A DNA stretch of 64,000 nucleotides. Origin: the human T2T-CHM13v2.0 reference genome, Homo sapiens. This document shows, one piece after another, positions 46,781 through 63,758 of this stretch. A model generated the notes under the pieces. That model did no database searches. It was given only the letters and a program-made list of their open reading frames with translations, and was not told the origin of the DNA. The DNA lies in NCBI RefSeq assembly GCF_009914755.1, contig NC_060931.1; one strand, 5' to 3'. Each line of letters starts with the position of its first letter. Within the stretch, counting starts at the first letter, position 1. Made by a program: the position numbers and the translations under genes.

Positions 46781-47647
46781 CTTGGCACTTCTCCGAGTAT
46801 TTTCTTCTCAAACTCCTCAGCACTGAAAAAGGTTCAAAACATGGAATCCCGAGAGTTCCTGCCTGTTGGGTTTAGGTGTCATAAAAGTCTAAGGTGGTGC
46901 ATAGGTGATGGCAGTTCCTGACTCCTGCTTTCTGACCCCTGAGAGTTTGGACAGATTTTCTGCTTGTTACAGCTTCAAAGGTTGTAGAAAAAGTTAGAAG
47001 TAATTGATAGGTGATGAAAACCCCATCTTTGCTGTACCCATAAGGTATAGGTATAGACTAGTTTGGGTGGATTGGGCAAATCCGACTCGGACCATCCATG
47101 ATTTTATATTGTGACCTGAATTATTGTGAAAATATCTTCTCAGCTGCTTTAGCTTTCTTCTTTGTGAAAGGCAGAATGGAAAGAGGCCTGGGATCCAAGT
47201 CACAAGACCCAAACTGCAGGCCCCACACTGCCACAGTTCAACCCTTCTGTGTCTCTGTGCCCTGAAATGTAAAACATGGGCTTGAACCAAGTAACGTCCA
47301 AAGCCCTACTTAACTCTAACAAATGTGTTATTCTCTAGTTTCTTTCAGGTTGCCTGTCTCAGTTGAAGAATATGACTAAATTTTTTTCTCATTAGCATCC
47401 ATATATAACAATACCATAGTCATCTTTTATGCCATCTTTTCATCTATAATAGTCCTTCCTTTGATACTCTACTACTCTGTTTCATATTTAGGAGGCTCAA
47501 AAGTAGAATTGCATTGCAGCCTCGTACAGAGGTAAGAATGATGCTATAAAATTTGTCCTAGGCCCACTTAACAATGATGTGACATATTTGTCGTCCTTTT
47601 AATAACACACACTGTTTTCAATGTATCCTAACATGTTAGCTTGCTTA

Positions 47648-48178
<531 letters not shown>

Positions 48179-49457
48179 TTATCATAAACAAGATGACATT
48201 GCTAAAATATCCAAAACAGGATGGTTTTAGAGAAGTTCAATTGAGGTTTTTCACTCTTTTCAAAAAGCCAGATTTTTAAAGTAAATAACATATATTATTT
48301 GTATATGCTATAATTTGCATATACTAACATATAAAATAATAATTGATTCATATTGATTGCAATAACAATAATTATAATCCAAACTATTTGTACAAACCAG
48401 TATTTGAATACTGGCCATATGGCTCAAACAGTTCCATATCCAGCCCTATATTATTTTCAAGGCAAATTCTCCATTATTTTCTCAGAGAGGTACAATAGCA
48501 GCTTCTGAATGCAAATAATTTTTTTGAGTTGCATGGCTGCTGCTTTGCTTGAAGTTGTTAAGGCTTTCTCATCCTTTTGAACATAAGTTCTGTAAGACTT
48601 CTAACTAAAACTATTCTTTAGATTTTTAATATGTATTCATTTAATTGGGTTATACTCACCTAATCTGGGATATTAGAAAGCATTAGGCTTTACCTGTCTT
48701 TTAAGTCCTTGGTTAAAAAAAGAAAAAGAGAAATTTAGATATGAGTAATGTCTCTTCGGTTGAATTACTGAACTATACTTTAGGTTTAGAAAAATTGAAT
48801 ATAGGTTCACTCATTGTCCTCTCCGTCTTCAAATTTCCAGAATTGAACTCAACTTCTTCAGTGATTACTGGAACCATTACATGGCCATTTCTTAAAAGAG
48901 ATTATGAAAACAATCATTAACCAAGACTTTTTGGACAGAACTGCATTTGAAGCATGTATGATTATACAGTATTTTGTTGCTTTCTTAAGCAAAACAATGC
49001 ATTGAGTAGTGTCTTCAGGAGACAAAAATAGTTCTATTCATAGAACCTTTTCTGAATTGTAATATGCTTGGAGCTTAAAATCATATAGATGTGTGCTCAA
49101 TTATTTTATTTGTGCACTTGACCACACTGGACTTCTGTCATTTTTGCCTAAGCACACAGCTTAGAAAGCTATTTTTTTAAGTTTATTTTTACTACCAACT
49201 TTTACTTAAAGTTAACTATGACCTTTAGCTTTTAGCTGTGCACTACTTGCTCTGTCTTGGCCATTTATAGTGATTTTAATAAGACCAGCCTGCAAGTATC
49301 TGGAAGGCACACCGTTTAATATGTGTTTATTTTCCCTAATTTTGTTTTTTGTCTCAAATAACTTTTATATCCATGACAGATAAAATGAATCTGAGTTCTA
49401 TGACTGATTTTGTTTTAAATTAGCCTTTAGGATAGAAGTGGTTAAAAAGTCTTTTAA

Positions 49458-50160
<703 letters not shown>

Positions 50161-51841
50161 TGGTCTATTCTTGATAGTCTGTGTGCTTTTTAAGTATTTA
50201 GTGATGTTGCCCTTATCATAAACTCCTCTTGTTTATGGGGTCAAATGAGAATTCCAGTGTTTTGATATAGTGGCCCTTCACAGACAGTTATTCCCCACCC
50301 ATCCCCTCAAGACACACCACTGAGACTTGTGCAGGTTTATACTTGTTGATGTTTCAGACTTACACGTAAATATCTTTTGTGGTGGTAACTCTGCTCTATC
50401 GCTAACACAGTCCAGTGACCCCAGAGCCACACTGGCTGTAAACATGACTCAGAAGCTGTGTGATTACAGCAGTTCCAAGCCTGTAGTTGAGGGTAATCTT
50501 CTAACTCTGAAGTCAGGTGTGTGGAAGGGCCGAAGGTTATGAGTAAATGAGCTGAAGAGAGACAGATGCCAAACTCAGTCGTGATTCAAATGCACTTCTT
50601 GCTTAGATTTAGAAAACATTCTCTATGCTTAATAGTCTTTGACCCATTTTTTCCAACCCGCCCATTGTAAATGACAGTCATGGAGTGGAAATTTCCCTAG
50701 CTTCTTCCTTGGAAGAGCATCCATTCACCCTGCAGTTCCCAAGGAGCGTCGCAAAAACGAGGCTAAGGGCACAGACAAAACTCGGGCAGTGAAGGTGAGT
50801 GAGTGAGGTTGTTGATTCTGGGTGGCTGTGAGTGGGGCATCTGTGTAGGAAAGGAGCCGGGTTGGTGTGCGTTACAAACTTTTTCCGCGCTGCTGGGGTG
50901 GGGGTAGCTGGTGTCTGCTGCTCCATGAATGAGTCATGGGCTGAGGGTAGAACTTGCTCTAGGGAGGGGCTGCGTCTGGCTCACAGCATTCTCCAGGAGC
51001 ACCAAGGGGCAGATGAATATTTTCTGGCAGTTTACCTGAGCATTTCAGAGAGGCAACTAGCTCTGAACAATGCAGATGGAAACCCAGAAGGAGAGAGGGA
51101 GCCAGTCCACATGGTGTGCTGAGATGGGGGCTCTGCATTTGCTCAGACCAAGGGGCTCCTGAGCACCAGGGAGAACATTCAGACTGTTGGGGAAAGGGTG
51201 GGCAAGAGCAACAGACCGTGGGATATTGTGGGAGAGTCATAGCAGCTCAACAGGACAGACTGTAGGCTATCCCAGAAGCAGACAGTCTCAGGGAGAAAAG
51301 GGAAATGCAGAAAGCAAAGAAATGATGGGCCCTCAGTGGGACTCAGCCAGCCCGTTCTAAAGTACTTTCTTATTGAGATCAACGTGTGGTGCAAATGAGA
51401 AAATTATCCACTGCTGGATTTGAAAGAACCTTGAAAGTCTTTGTGTCTAACACCCTCACTGGTTACAGTGGAGCCTGGAGAGGGGAAGTGATTTACCTAA
51501 GGTCATACAGTCGGTTGCTTATAAAGGACAGATTTGTCCAGCTCTATGTCCACTGCTAGGATGTAAGCAAGTGACCTGCTGAGCTTGTGCTCATCACCCA
51601 AAGGGTGAAGGTGACCTGCCATACACTGCAAAGGTTGAGTGAACAGAAAATGCACAGGCAGAATATTTTTGAGAGAGCAGGAGGAGGTGGTGGTCAGACT
51701 TGTGGAATTGTTAATAAGCAGGTTTGGGTTATGGAATTGAGCTTAGTCAGGCAACATGATCCAGAAAACACGAATCAAGGTGGTGTTTTCAAAGCAGTTC
51801 ATTGTCCTTGCACAAGCAGGGCCTTAAAGAACTGAAGAGTC

Positions 51842-51844
<3 letters not shown>

Positions 51845-51891
<47 letters not shown>
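51845..51891. repeat. (TG)~23 microsatellite
   Basis: Seen directly. Confidence 0.95.
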
Positions 51892-51895
<4 letters not shown>

Positions 51896-52002
51896 GTGGC
51901 TGCTTAGATTCAAGGGAGGAGAGTACAAACAGATCTTTGGGAGAAATGGGATTTATGCAGTAAGACTGGGCTTCCTCCCCGAAATAAAATAATACTTGTG
52001 AT

Positions 52003-52801
<799 letters not shown>

Positions 52802-54424
52802 CTAAAATGAACAATCTGTTTTGTATGGGGCAATGAAGTGAAATAATGAAATAGTCAAATTGGAATGCTTGGAAACATTAAATGCTTGTTGTGGTTGGTA
52901 GCTCAGATGAAGGGGCTTTTGAGAAACAGAGGATTGTATCCCTGGCAGGCTAGATGAATATGGGTTGGGGTAAGGGTGCAGGAGCTTGAGAAGGGGCACT
53001 TTGGGTAGAATTATGTGGAAAGAATGACATAAAAACCAATAGAATGAAAGTGTACCAGAAAGCACTCTAGAATCTCTGTGGGTGGAAATTCCATTCTTAG
53101 ATAATGAAGCTGTGGCAGTAGGAATGTATGTGAGGCAACCTGCCAGGGTAATGAGATGAAGAAACAAATAAAATGTAAAGGCTACAGAATGAAGAAGCAA
53201 GTAAGGTGTAGATGCCACAACCCTGGGTCTGACACCAACTCCTCCCCTGGGCTTGTGTATTTTGCACATCTTACTCCCAGATGCCTGGGCTCTGAAACCC
53301 AGAGTCCGTTTGATATTCTCTCCTCCTCACTCATGCAGTCAACTCATTGATTTCTTCACAGCATTGATCACATTGACTGCTTTCCTATTTCCCTACTGCT
53401 GTTTTGGTCTCGGTCCCCTCATCTCTGGGTACTGGAATGACTTCCCCACTGGTCCATCTACTCTCAGTCTTTTCACCCACAATCTATCTGGAAGAGTGTT
53501 CCACAGTCTCAAATTTGACTTTATATTATTTACCCCTCTCGTTGTCTACCAGGTAATAATGCTGGGCCCAACCTAGCCATCCAGCGTCCATGAGCCCCCT
53601 CTGTTTCTCACACTGCTCCTTAGGTTACACGTTCACTAACCTCACTACCTGTTCTTCTCACACATCCCAACTCCCTTTCTAGTTTTGGAACATTCAGCTT
53701 CCTGCTCCCTTTGACGACTATTCTCTCTTGCCTCTTACATATCACAATAATGTGTCTATTTCTTTTTAAATCAAACTAAACAGTACTGAGTATTTAAGTT
53801 ATTTAAACACAGACCCAGGGCCTGTGGAAAGATTTGATTCTAGCTCAAATCTAGCTTATACCCACTCTTTTCTGACATGTCCCACCCAATCCCAGCTTTT
53901 GACCTTCTTTAACACCTCCTTCTAAAACTATCACTAGACATTGCTTATTGCAGTTGACACCTCATGAATGGGCTTAAATCATGTCCAGAATGTATTCCTT
54001 TTGCAACTTTGGGCAAATAACTTCAATCTCTCTGAGTCTCAGATTTTCAGTTGTCAAATAAAGAATACCTTATACGGTGGTTGTGAAATAAAATTACCTA
54101 GCAGAGAGCTAGATACATGATGAATGCCAAATAAATAGCTAGCATCATCATTAATATTTTGCCTAAGGACCAATTTCTGGATTAAGTAAGCTATTTCAGC
54201 TCCTGATGGTTTTGTAAAACATACAAGCACACAAAATTGGCTATCATTTATAGCCTTTTACTTGTTAAGGCTCTTTCAGTTTTTTCAAAGATATATTAGC
54301 ATTCCCAAAGCAAGACTCTTCTATCTGCACTTGCTGAAGTGGAGAATAAAAAACTAAAAGACTTCTATCTAGACTTGGTCAAGGCATTTATTTTAATTTC
54401 ATTTTCTTAAAAGATAATTGTAAG

Positions 54425-54572
54425 ATAATTTTTAAAATAGAGATGGGGGTTGGGAGGGGGGGGTGGTCTCGCTATATTGCCCAGGCTGGTCTTGAACTCC
54501 TGGACTCAAGTCATCCTCCCACCTCGGCCTCCTAAAGTGCTGGATTACAGGCATGAGCCACCACACCTGACC
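54425..54572 (-). mobile_element. FLAM monomer
   Basis: Left Alu monomer; TSD-like cttggt(c/t)aaggcattt on both sides. Confidence 0.8.
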
Positions 54573-55142
54573 TTGGTTAAGGCATTTTTAGGTAATCGTT
54601 TAAACCTGTTTCTTGCTCTGTGAATTTGGATAATTGCATTTATATTTTCACACCTGTTCAACCTCCCTCCCCAGGACCTATGGCCCTGTTTGGGCTTTTG
54701 ATCATTTCCCAATCCAGCACCTCTTGGAGCTCTTTCTACTTGTACTCTCAGGCTGTCCCTGACCCATTATCAATGCCACTTTTTCTTCTGCCCAGTGCTC
54801 CTTCACTATGTTGTTCTTTCCGTAGGAAACATAGTGAGCCTGCCTAAGACCAGTTTTCTTCCTGCTACGTGCTGTGCCTGCGTGACTTTCTCTTGACTTG
54901 AACTAGTGTTCTCTATGCTGAATAGGCCTAAGAGCTGCCTTTGGTCTTTTTAGTCCTTGTCTCTGTTACAGACCCTAGTTCTATATTTTTCTTACAACAA
55001 AGATCTGTAAGTTCTACCCTATGGGGGGAACTTACAGACCCTACTCTACCCAGATAACCACTTATCTAACCAGATAACTACAGAAATTTTATCCTCAACA
55101 TATATAAACGAACTCTCCTTTTCCCTAAATTTGCTTCATCTC

Positions 55143-55525
55143 TGATATGGTCTGGATGTTTGTCCCTTCCAAATCTTACGTTGAAATGTAATTCCCAATG
55201 TTGGAGGTGGGGCCTGGTAGAAGGTGTTTGGGTCATGGGGGAGGATCCCTCATGAATAGCTTGGTGCTGCCTTGCAATCATGACTGAGTTCTCGCTTTGA
55301 TTTCATGCCATATATGGTCATCTGGTTGTTTAAAGGAGTGTGGCACCCTCCTCCTCTTCCCTTGCTTGTTCCTGCTCTCCCTTTGCCTTCGCCATGACCC
55401 TGCACTTTCTGAGACCCTCACCAGGCAAATGCCGCCACCATGGTTCCTGTACAGCCTGCAGAACCGTGAGCCAGTTAAACTTCTTTTATTTACCCAGCCT
55501 AGCAATGCAAAAATGGCATAATACA
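55143..55525 (+). mobile_element. MSTA/MSTB MaLR solo LTR
   Basis: TGATATGGTCTGGATGTTTGTCCC…TAATACA, with a perfect 5-bp TSD ATCTC on both sides. Confidence 0.87.
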
Positions 55526-55633
55526 ATCTCCATTATTTTTTCTCAATTATAGCATTTCTTAGTTACCAAAGTCTTATTTTCTTTCAGTTAATTATCTACC
55601 ACATTATATTGATTCTGACTTAAATATTCGTCA

Positions 55634-56363
<730 letters not shown>

Positions 56364-57258
56364 TGTTCAACTTTCTAAAACACAAATGTGGGCGAGTCAT
56401 GCCCATGAGTTAAAACTGCCAGTGCCACTGTTTGCCCAAAGAATACATGCAAACACTCAGCATCGTGTGAGGCCTTTCCCAATCTCCCTGCCAGCCTCAT
56501 CTGCCACCCCAGCCCCTCCACTCAAACCCTACCACTCTGAGCATCTCTCTCATCCTCTTACCAATCTCAGTGGTCTTATACTGGCTATACTTTCTGCCTG
56601 AAATATCCTTCCTTCCTTCCTCTGCTTATCCAGATTCCACTGTTCCTTCACGAGCTAGCTTTAATGCCTTAGACTCTAGAGCTTTCTTACGTGGCTTTTC
56701 CTCCATTTGAGTTCCTGCCACTCTTTGTTCCCAGGCTGGCACCTCACAGCATTGGCCCCCTGTATTGTAACTGGTCATGTGATTGTCAGACTCCCCAGAG
56801 AGAGTGGCAGTTCCCTGAAAGCTGAGACGAGATTTTGTTTATCTTTGTGCTGACCCAGTACTGTCTGTGCCTGTAAACCCCCGTCACCTGATGGAATGGA
56901 TGTCTGCCCTATATCTCAGGGCTTTGTTATAAACTCAAATGAAAGGATATTTATGAAAGAACAGTATGAACTAAACTACAAACACAAGAACGCTGAATCT
57001 CCCGGACTGGCCCTCTGGACTCGAATATCAGCACTTGGGGGTGAATGAAGAAGGTGCATCATTTCCAGGGAAGCAGATTTGCTGTTGACTAATAAAGACC
57101 ATTTACTTGGAGTGGGGCCAACAAAAGCCTAATTGTCTTTTGTAGCCTGTTTCTGTTTTGTGTTCCATTTCCGCAAATAATATTTAAATAGACATTTAAA
57201 ATTAATTCTAATGGGCTATCTCATAAAATTATCTGAATAACTAATATAAAAGATTCAG

Positions 57259-57539
57259 GGCCAGGTGAAGTGGCTCAGGCCTGTAATCCCAGAACTTTGG
57301 GAAGCCAAGGCAGGAGGATCACTTGAGCTCAGTCTGGGTAACATAGTGAGACCCCAACTCTACAAAATATCAAAAATTTAGCCGGGCGTGGTGGTGCTTG
57401 CCTGTAGTCCTAGCTGCTCGGGAGGCTGAGGCGACAGGGTTGCTTGAGTTCAGGAGGTCAAGGCTGCAGTAAGCCATGATCATACCACTACACTCCAGCC
57501 TGGGTAACAGAGTGAGACTCTGTCTCAAAATTAAAAAAA
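57259..57539 (+). mobile_element. AluJ
   Basis: Alu consensus with a small deletion. Confidence 0.85.
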
Positions 57540-57813
57540 TATTCAGCCTACAGGAACAAAAAATAGAATGGGGATCAAACAGTTTTAGAACATGAAAGGA
57601 AATGATTTTTTTGGACAGTTGCAGAGCCTCTATGAGAGTCCTAATGGTGAGGGGTGGGGTGAGGAGTTACTAAAATGCCAGCAGTGAACCCAGGGCTGCC
57701 TAGGCGTCTGAACAGTAAGAAAGTTGGGTAAAACATGGAGGCCAACTTCAGGATTATCTGTTTGAACTGCAAAACTAACATGGATGTAGATGTCCTTAGC
57801 AAAGTGCTACAAC

Positions 57814-57973
57814 TAGGATTTGCCAGGTTTAGCAAAAAAAAAAAAAAAAAAAAAAATTAAAAATGCAAGATATCCAAATAGTGTGCAGGGAACAGGCTTA
57901 TGCTACAAAATTATTTGTTGTTTTTCTGAAATTCGAAGTTAACTGCACATCCTTTTTTTTATCTGGAAAACCA
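57814..57973. mobile_element. MER53 (hAT) MITE, internally deleted, with an expanded poly(A)
   Basis: tagg…tgccaggtttagcaaa … aaattatttgttgtttttctgaaattc…ttatctggaaaacc. Confidence 0.65.
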
Positions 57974-58132
57974 AGCTATAACCCAAATGACTTCAACAAC
58001 TTTGAGCCCGATATTATTGACAGGATGGGGCTCTGGGGCATTTTGGAGAAAGAATTGAGGAAGATTCGCGTGGACTCTTCTTGCTGTAAACAACCAGAGT
58101 AGTTTAGGGCCACAGTGAAACTGGTGGTAGAT

Positions 58133-58145
58133 TGCCATCTAGTGG
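58133..58145 (-). promoter_or_regulatory. CTCF core motif between ARHGEF5 and NOBOX
   Basis: Reverse complement CCACTAGATGGCA fits CCASYAGRKGGCR. Confidence 0.5.
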
Positions 58146-58926
58146 AAAGATATTAGTAGTGAAAGCTAAAATTGGAGGACTGGACAGATTTTTTGTTTTT
58201 TGTTTTTTGGTTTTTTTTCCGGAGTTTGCCAGGAAGGATTCCGCTCTGGCCAACTGCAAAGTCCTGAGGTTGCACTGTTAAACGAGGAGGACATGGGTGG
58301 GGGGAAGGGAGGGTAGGAAGCAGATGGAATAGGAGCAAGGCTGAAATGCGTTTACCTCGTGTTCTAAGCAGAGTGCCTGGACCATTGTTCCATTCCAGCA
58401 TGCAGAAACTTTGCTCCCTCTCCACGCAAAACCAGAGCAAAAGCTAGAGCTTCCTGTAAGAAGCGCAAGATTCTTCCACCTGAGGATGGCTCAAAGTGAT
58501 GTGGAACTATCAGAAACAAAATTGTAAAGATATAATCACTCATCGTTACAACCAGCGACAAAGGAAGTCATCCAAAAGGTGACAGTGTGGCTGGCTACAC
58601 AGGCAAGCTCAGATCTTGAAAAGGTTGAAAAAATGCAAAAGTTAAAAGAAAGCACACACTGGAATTCCAAAGACGGTATCTCAAAGTGAGAAGCCTGGAA
58701 GAAACTCCGCTCTGCAAGCATGCTGAAGACCAATACGAACAGTAACACTAGCAATGATAATAATAAAGCCAAACTTGGGACAGGAAGGAGAGAGAAAAGA
58801 GAAATGTACTCCTGCGGGCAGACATCATAATGTCAACATACAATACAAACACAGCAGATGCACTTGAGTTTTATTTCAGACTATCTTCCCAAAGAAATGA
58901 AAATATTCTAGAAATTAAAAGAGTTG

Positions 58927-59247
<321 letters not shown>

Positions 59248-59249
59248 CT

Positions 59250-60600
59250 AAGATGGACTTAAAAACCCAAATTGGAGCCTTATAACTTTTAAATCATCCT
59301 ATATGTTTTCTAGTATAGGACAAGAGAGGGTTTCTAAGACTTACTAGAGGCAAATATCCTAATTTCCAATGACATGATTTGTTGAAACTAAAGGACAATA
59401 AATTTAATGTAAAATCTTATGGAATTCTATGAGATTCTTGAAAAGTGGCTTATGAACACTTAGGTAAAAATTAGCCAGAAAAGACAACAGGTGTTCTAAA
59501 CTAATCTGTCTCATTTGTTATATATTTAGGTTTACAAGAATGTTATATTATCAGAGTGCTATACAGAGAATATGTTTTTGATTTTATTGAATCATAGAGG
59601 AGTTTTATTCCTAAATCCTTGAGGGAGATAGTAAAGGATGGTATGGGATGATAATACAGTTAAGGAAGATTTGTAGCTAGTTTAACCCTCTATACAAAAA
59701 AAGAAGTACCCATTAATGGAGTATTTTCAAAGAGGAGTACCAAAATGTCCTGTGCTGACCTATATTCTGTTTACTAATTTATTAATGATTTGATTATAAA
59801 ATGTGTAAAACATATTGATCAGATCTGCAGGCAGAACAAAACTGCAAAAAAATGGCTAATATTATATAAGAACTCCAGAGCATCTTAAGCTCAATATTGG
59901 GCTAAAATTAACAAAATGAAACTGAACAGGCCATATAAATCTCTGTATGTTTAGATTAGAAATGTTAATTCTCCAAGTGCAAAATGAGGAGGGTGAACTG
60001 CCTTTAAAACAGCTTCTATTTAAATGACCTAGAGGTCATAGTTTTGGACCAAGAATATGAACCAGCTGCACAAAAATGCTAATGTGTTTTAATAGAGACA
60101 CCATTTGTAGGGTATCCTATTTAATGGAGATGACAGCTGTACCAAAATGTTGACCAGACCACATTCAAAGTAGGCTTCATTTCTGACACCACTCCTAAAA
60201 GGAACATGGGCAAACTCACATTTATTTGAAAAGAGGCATACGGGGTGGCAAAGAGCCTGGAGCCCGAGCCCCATGAGGGCTAGCAGACAGAGCTCCCACC
60301 ATCACCTGTAGAAGGCAAAGCTTTTATAATAGGAATGATATACAGTCCTTAGATTTGTGATTTATTTTTTGTAGTACTTGGAAAACAAAACCCAGATCAA
60401 TCAAACAAGATATTGGTTTATTTCTAGTAGAAGAATTTTATAATAAAGCTCTTCAAAAATTCTGCAGGTTCTTGTGAAAGGGAGTTAGCCCCAAGCCTCG
60501 GGCCCTCCACTGGGAAAACAATACTGAATGATGCCCCATCAATGGTGGGTAGAAGAGATTCCTGCAAGTCAGGAGCTTGGATTTTTTCTTTCACCCCTAA
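59250..60600 (+). mobile_element. L3/CR1 LINE remnant
   Basis: 59750-59845 resembles the decayed CR1 RT motif VLGPxLFNIFINDL…KFADDTKL (ctgtttactaatttattaatgatttg…atctgcaggcagaacaaaactg). Confidence 0.55.
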
Positions 60601-61353
60601 GTTTCCATGCTTCTAAGAAGTTTTCACGATTTTCTCTTTGTTTAGTGTTTGTTTTTAATTCTCAATTCATTTTATTTTTAGTATACTATTAAATCAACAC
60701 TTTTTATCTAAGAGTTGCATGTAAGGACAGATGTCAAAGTTGATTTCCGTTCGATTCTTGGTGTTAGATGCTGTATTTGCTCCATACAAAGGTGCTGCTA
60801 ATCATTGAATAGCGGGAGCATGAACCAATTAAGATCTGGAGGAGAAAATATCCAGCCACCATGTAGGGCTTTGAAAGCAACAGAATGCTCTGGTGATTAA
60901 TAGAAAGAGCAGTTACAGTCTTCCATCTATTTTGCCCTATGTCTGTCTTTAGGCTGTTCATTTCATGAGCCTCATGAGACAGAATGTGAAAACAAAATGA
61001 GATATGTAAATATATACTTTTAAAAACTCAGTTGTTATGCATCATAAAACATTTCACAATTTAACAAATACATATCCTAATCCCTAAATTAAGGGTACTG
61101 AAACCTGGCTATTACAATCTCCATCACATATCCGCCAAGTCGACCTTCTGGTTTTCTCCTGACTTCTGCCCCTCTGGTGGATTTCTGCATTCTTTCAGAG
61201 ACATTTTCTCATTGGCTTGCACTTATCTATTGTTTTAATCACACCTCTCTAATCCCTAAACACTCCTCTTCTTTATCTATTAGGAGGACATTGATCTTTA
61301 TAACTATTTACTGACTCTCCCCCTTTTCATATTCATCTTCCTGTCCCTTCAGC

Positions 61354-61675
61354 TTTTTTTTTTTTTTTTTTTTGAGATGGAGTCTCGCTCTGTCTCCCAG
61401 GCTGAAGTGCAGTGGCGGGATCTCGGCTCACTGCAAGCCAAGCTCCACCTCCCAGGTTCACCCCATTCTCCTGCCTCAGCCTCCTGAGTAGCTGGGACTA
61501 CAGGCACCCGCCACCACACCTGGCTAATTTTTTTTTTTTTTTTTTTTTTTGGATTTTTAGTAGAGACGGGGTTTCACCATGTTAGCCAGGATGGTCTCGA
61601 TCTCCTGACCTCGTGATCCACCTGCCTCGGCCTCCCAAAGTGCTGGGATTACAGGCGTGAGCCACCGCGCCCGGC
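61354..61675 (-). mobile_element. AluY with expanded middle A-tract
   Basis: Reverse AluY consensus (aggatggtctcgatctcctgacctcgtgatcc). Confidence 0.88.
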
Positions 61676-63091
61676 CTTTCTCTGCTCGTTTTCCATTCCA
61701 CTTTCTGACTCCTGTGCCATCTCCTGTCTCTCCTGCCCCCTAGCCTCTTTCCTTTGTTCCCTTCCTGACCTGTTCTTTCCTACTTTAGTACCCCTCAGGT
61801 CCCTTTCCTCCAATCTCCAGATCTGTGCCTTACCTTTTCTTTTCTGTTTAGATGTATTTTAGGATAGATTTTTCTTCTGTGGTTATCTTTCTCTTTCATC
61901 ACCCAGTCAATGTTTTGCTGCTTCTTATACTACTGTCTTCACCCTTCATTCATCTTTCTGGTCCTTTTCAGTCCCATCTCGCCCTTCTCCCAGGCACCAC
62001 CCACTTCTCTTTTTATACAAATTGGTTGTTTACCCTCCTTCTCATGCTCCCTTTAGCCCTTAACATACTAAAGCAGGATCTCAAGCATAGAACCAATAAG
62101 GTCTAATTGATGTTTCTTCCTTCATTGCCTAATTTGTCATTTGCCTAATTTGGCTCACCACCAGAGGACGGAAGGAAGCTATTCAAGTTCAATGTGGATG
62201 CAGAATCACTCTGTGCAATGGAACAGGAGGGTGGTACATCCTCAGTCAGTGTCCATTCTTTCCTGAGCTCCTGACCCCTTGTGCAGACATCTAGGGAGCA
62301 TTCTCCATCTTTGGTTAAGTTCTCTCTTGTTCCCTCCTCTTCCTACATCTCAACCTATAACCAAACCTCCCGAGATTAGCACCCAACCTCAAACGGTAAC
62401 CATAAACAAATGGAGGAGGTAAAATTGCAGTCTATGGGTGAGAGTTAAGCATGAAATGGTTGGTGATCATTTTAGGGGGTGATCTCTCAAGGTGCTTAGC
62501 AAAGTGTCTTTTGGTGCCTCTGCAAGCTAGGGTGGGAGAGACAGAGAACATTCTGGACCCTTCGTCCTGGCCCAGTGAGGTCTGGGCCATTATAGTCTGG
62601 GGATGCTGTCACATCCTCCTGTGCGGGAGAGAACTGTCTACTTGCTATCCTCGGAGTGCTCCCCAGCCCCGCCCCCCATACACAAAAACAAGAGCTGTGG
62701 GAAAATAAGTCCTAGTTCACAATACTAGAGAAGTGACTTCAGATATTCTCAGGCTTCTCTTGTGATCCTGTCCCTATGGGGCCCAACTTCCAGAGAAAGG
62801 CCCAGACTCAGATTTGCTCAGAGTCAGTCATGGGTTTGGGAATAGAATATGGTTAAATGTCAGGACCGAAGGAAAAGCCCAAGATGCCCAGTTCCTTCTT
62901 TAGTGGGAGAGATGAGCCCAGGGAAGAGGCCCTCCATGTGGTCATGCCTGGTGGTGCCCACTTGAGAATGGCATCCAATGACTGCTCAGCCAAGTGGAAT
63001 AAAAGGACGAAAATGGAGCTCTTCATTAGTGTGAGTGTGGAGACACATAATGGAGACACATAACCACAGAGAAAACCGCAGGACGGACTAG

Positions 63092-63097
63092 TTTACT
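63092..63097 (-). terminator. Probable NOBOX polyadenylation signal (variant AGTAAA)
   Basis: No AATAAA seen on the - strand after the stop; AGTAAA is followed by the U/GU-rich ggttttctctgtggttatgtgt. Confidence 0.55.
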
Positions 63098-63410
63098 GCT
63101 TACGGTGGACACTCCAGCTCATTTGTCAAGCAAGGATAGGAAACAAACAAAAACACCTGATACAACATTCAGAAGTAACACAGGCCACCTGCTTCCTTCA
63201 GGACCCCCACACAGAGTGTGAAGAAAAGGGAAGCGCCAGCCCTCTTTCTTCCTTCTCATATCAACAAGACGAGCCTACACAGGGGAAACGTCTAACTCTC
63301 CCCTCAGTCTACAGAGTCCACACTCTTTCCCAAACCCCCAACCCCTGTCCTCTCAGCGAGCCCAATCCTATCCCACCCAAGCAGCCTCTTTTCACTCTTT
63401 GACCCCCCAA

Positions 63411-63758
<348 letters not shown>

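Noticed and set aside
48200-49440. AT-rich stretch, possibly a decayed DNA transposon
   Set aside because: I could not identify terminal repeats or a family match by eye.
61165-62172. CTCF-like words at 61167-61180 (-) and 62158-62170 (+)
   Set aside because: Each mismatches a core position; too weak without ChIP data.
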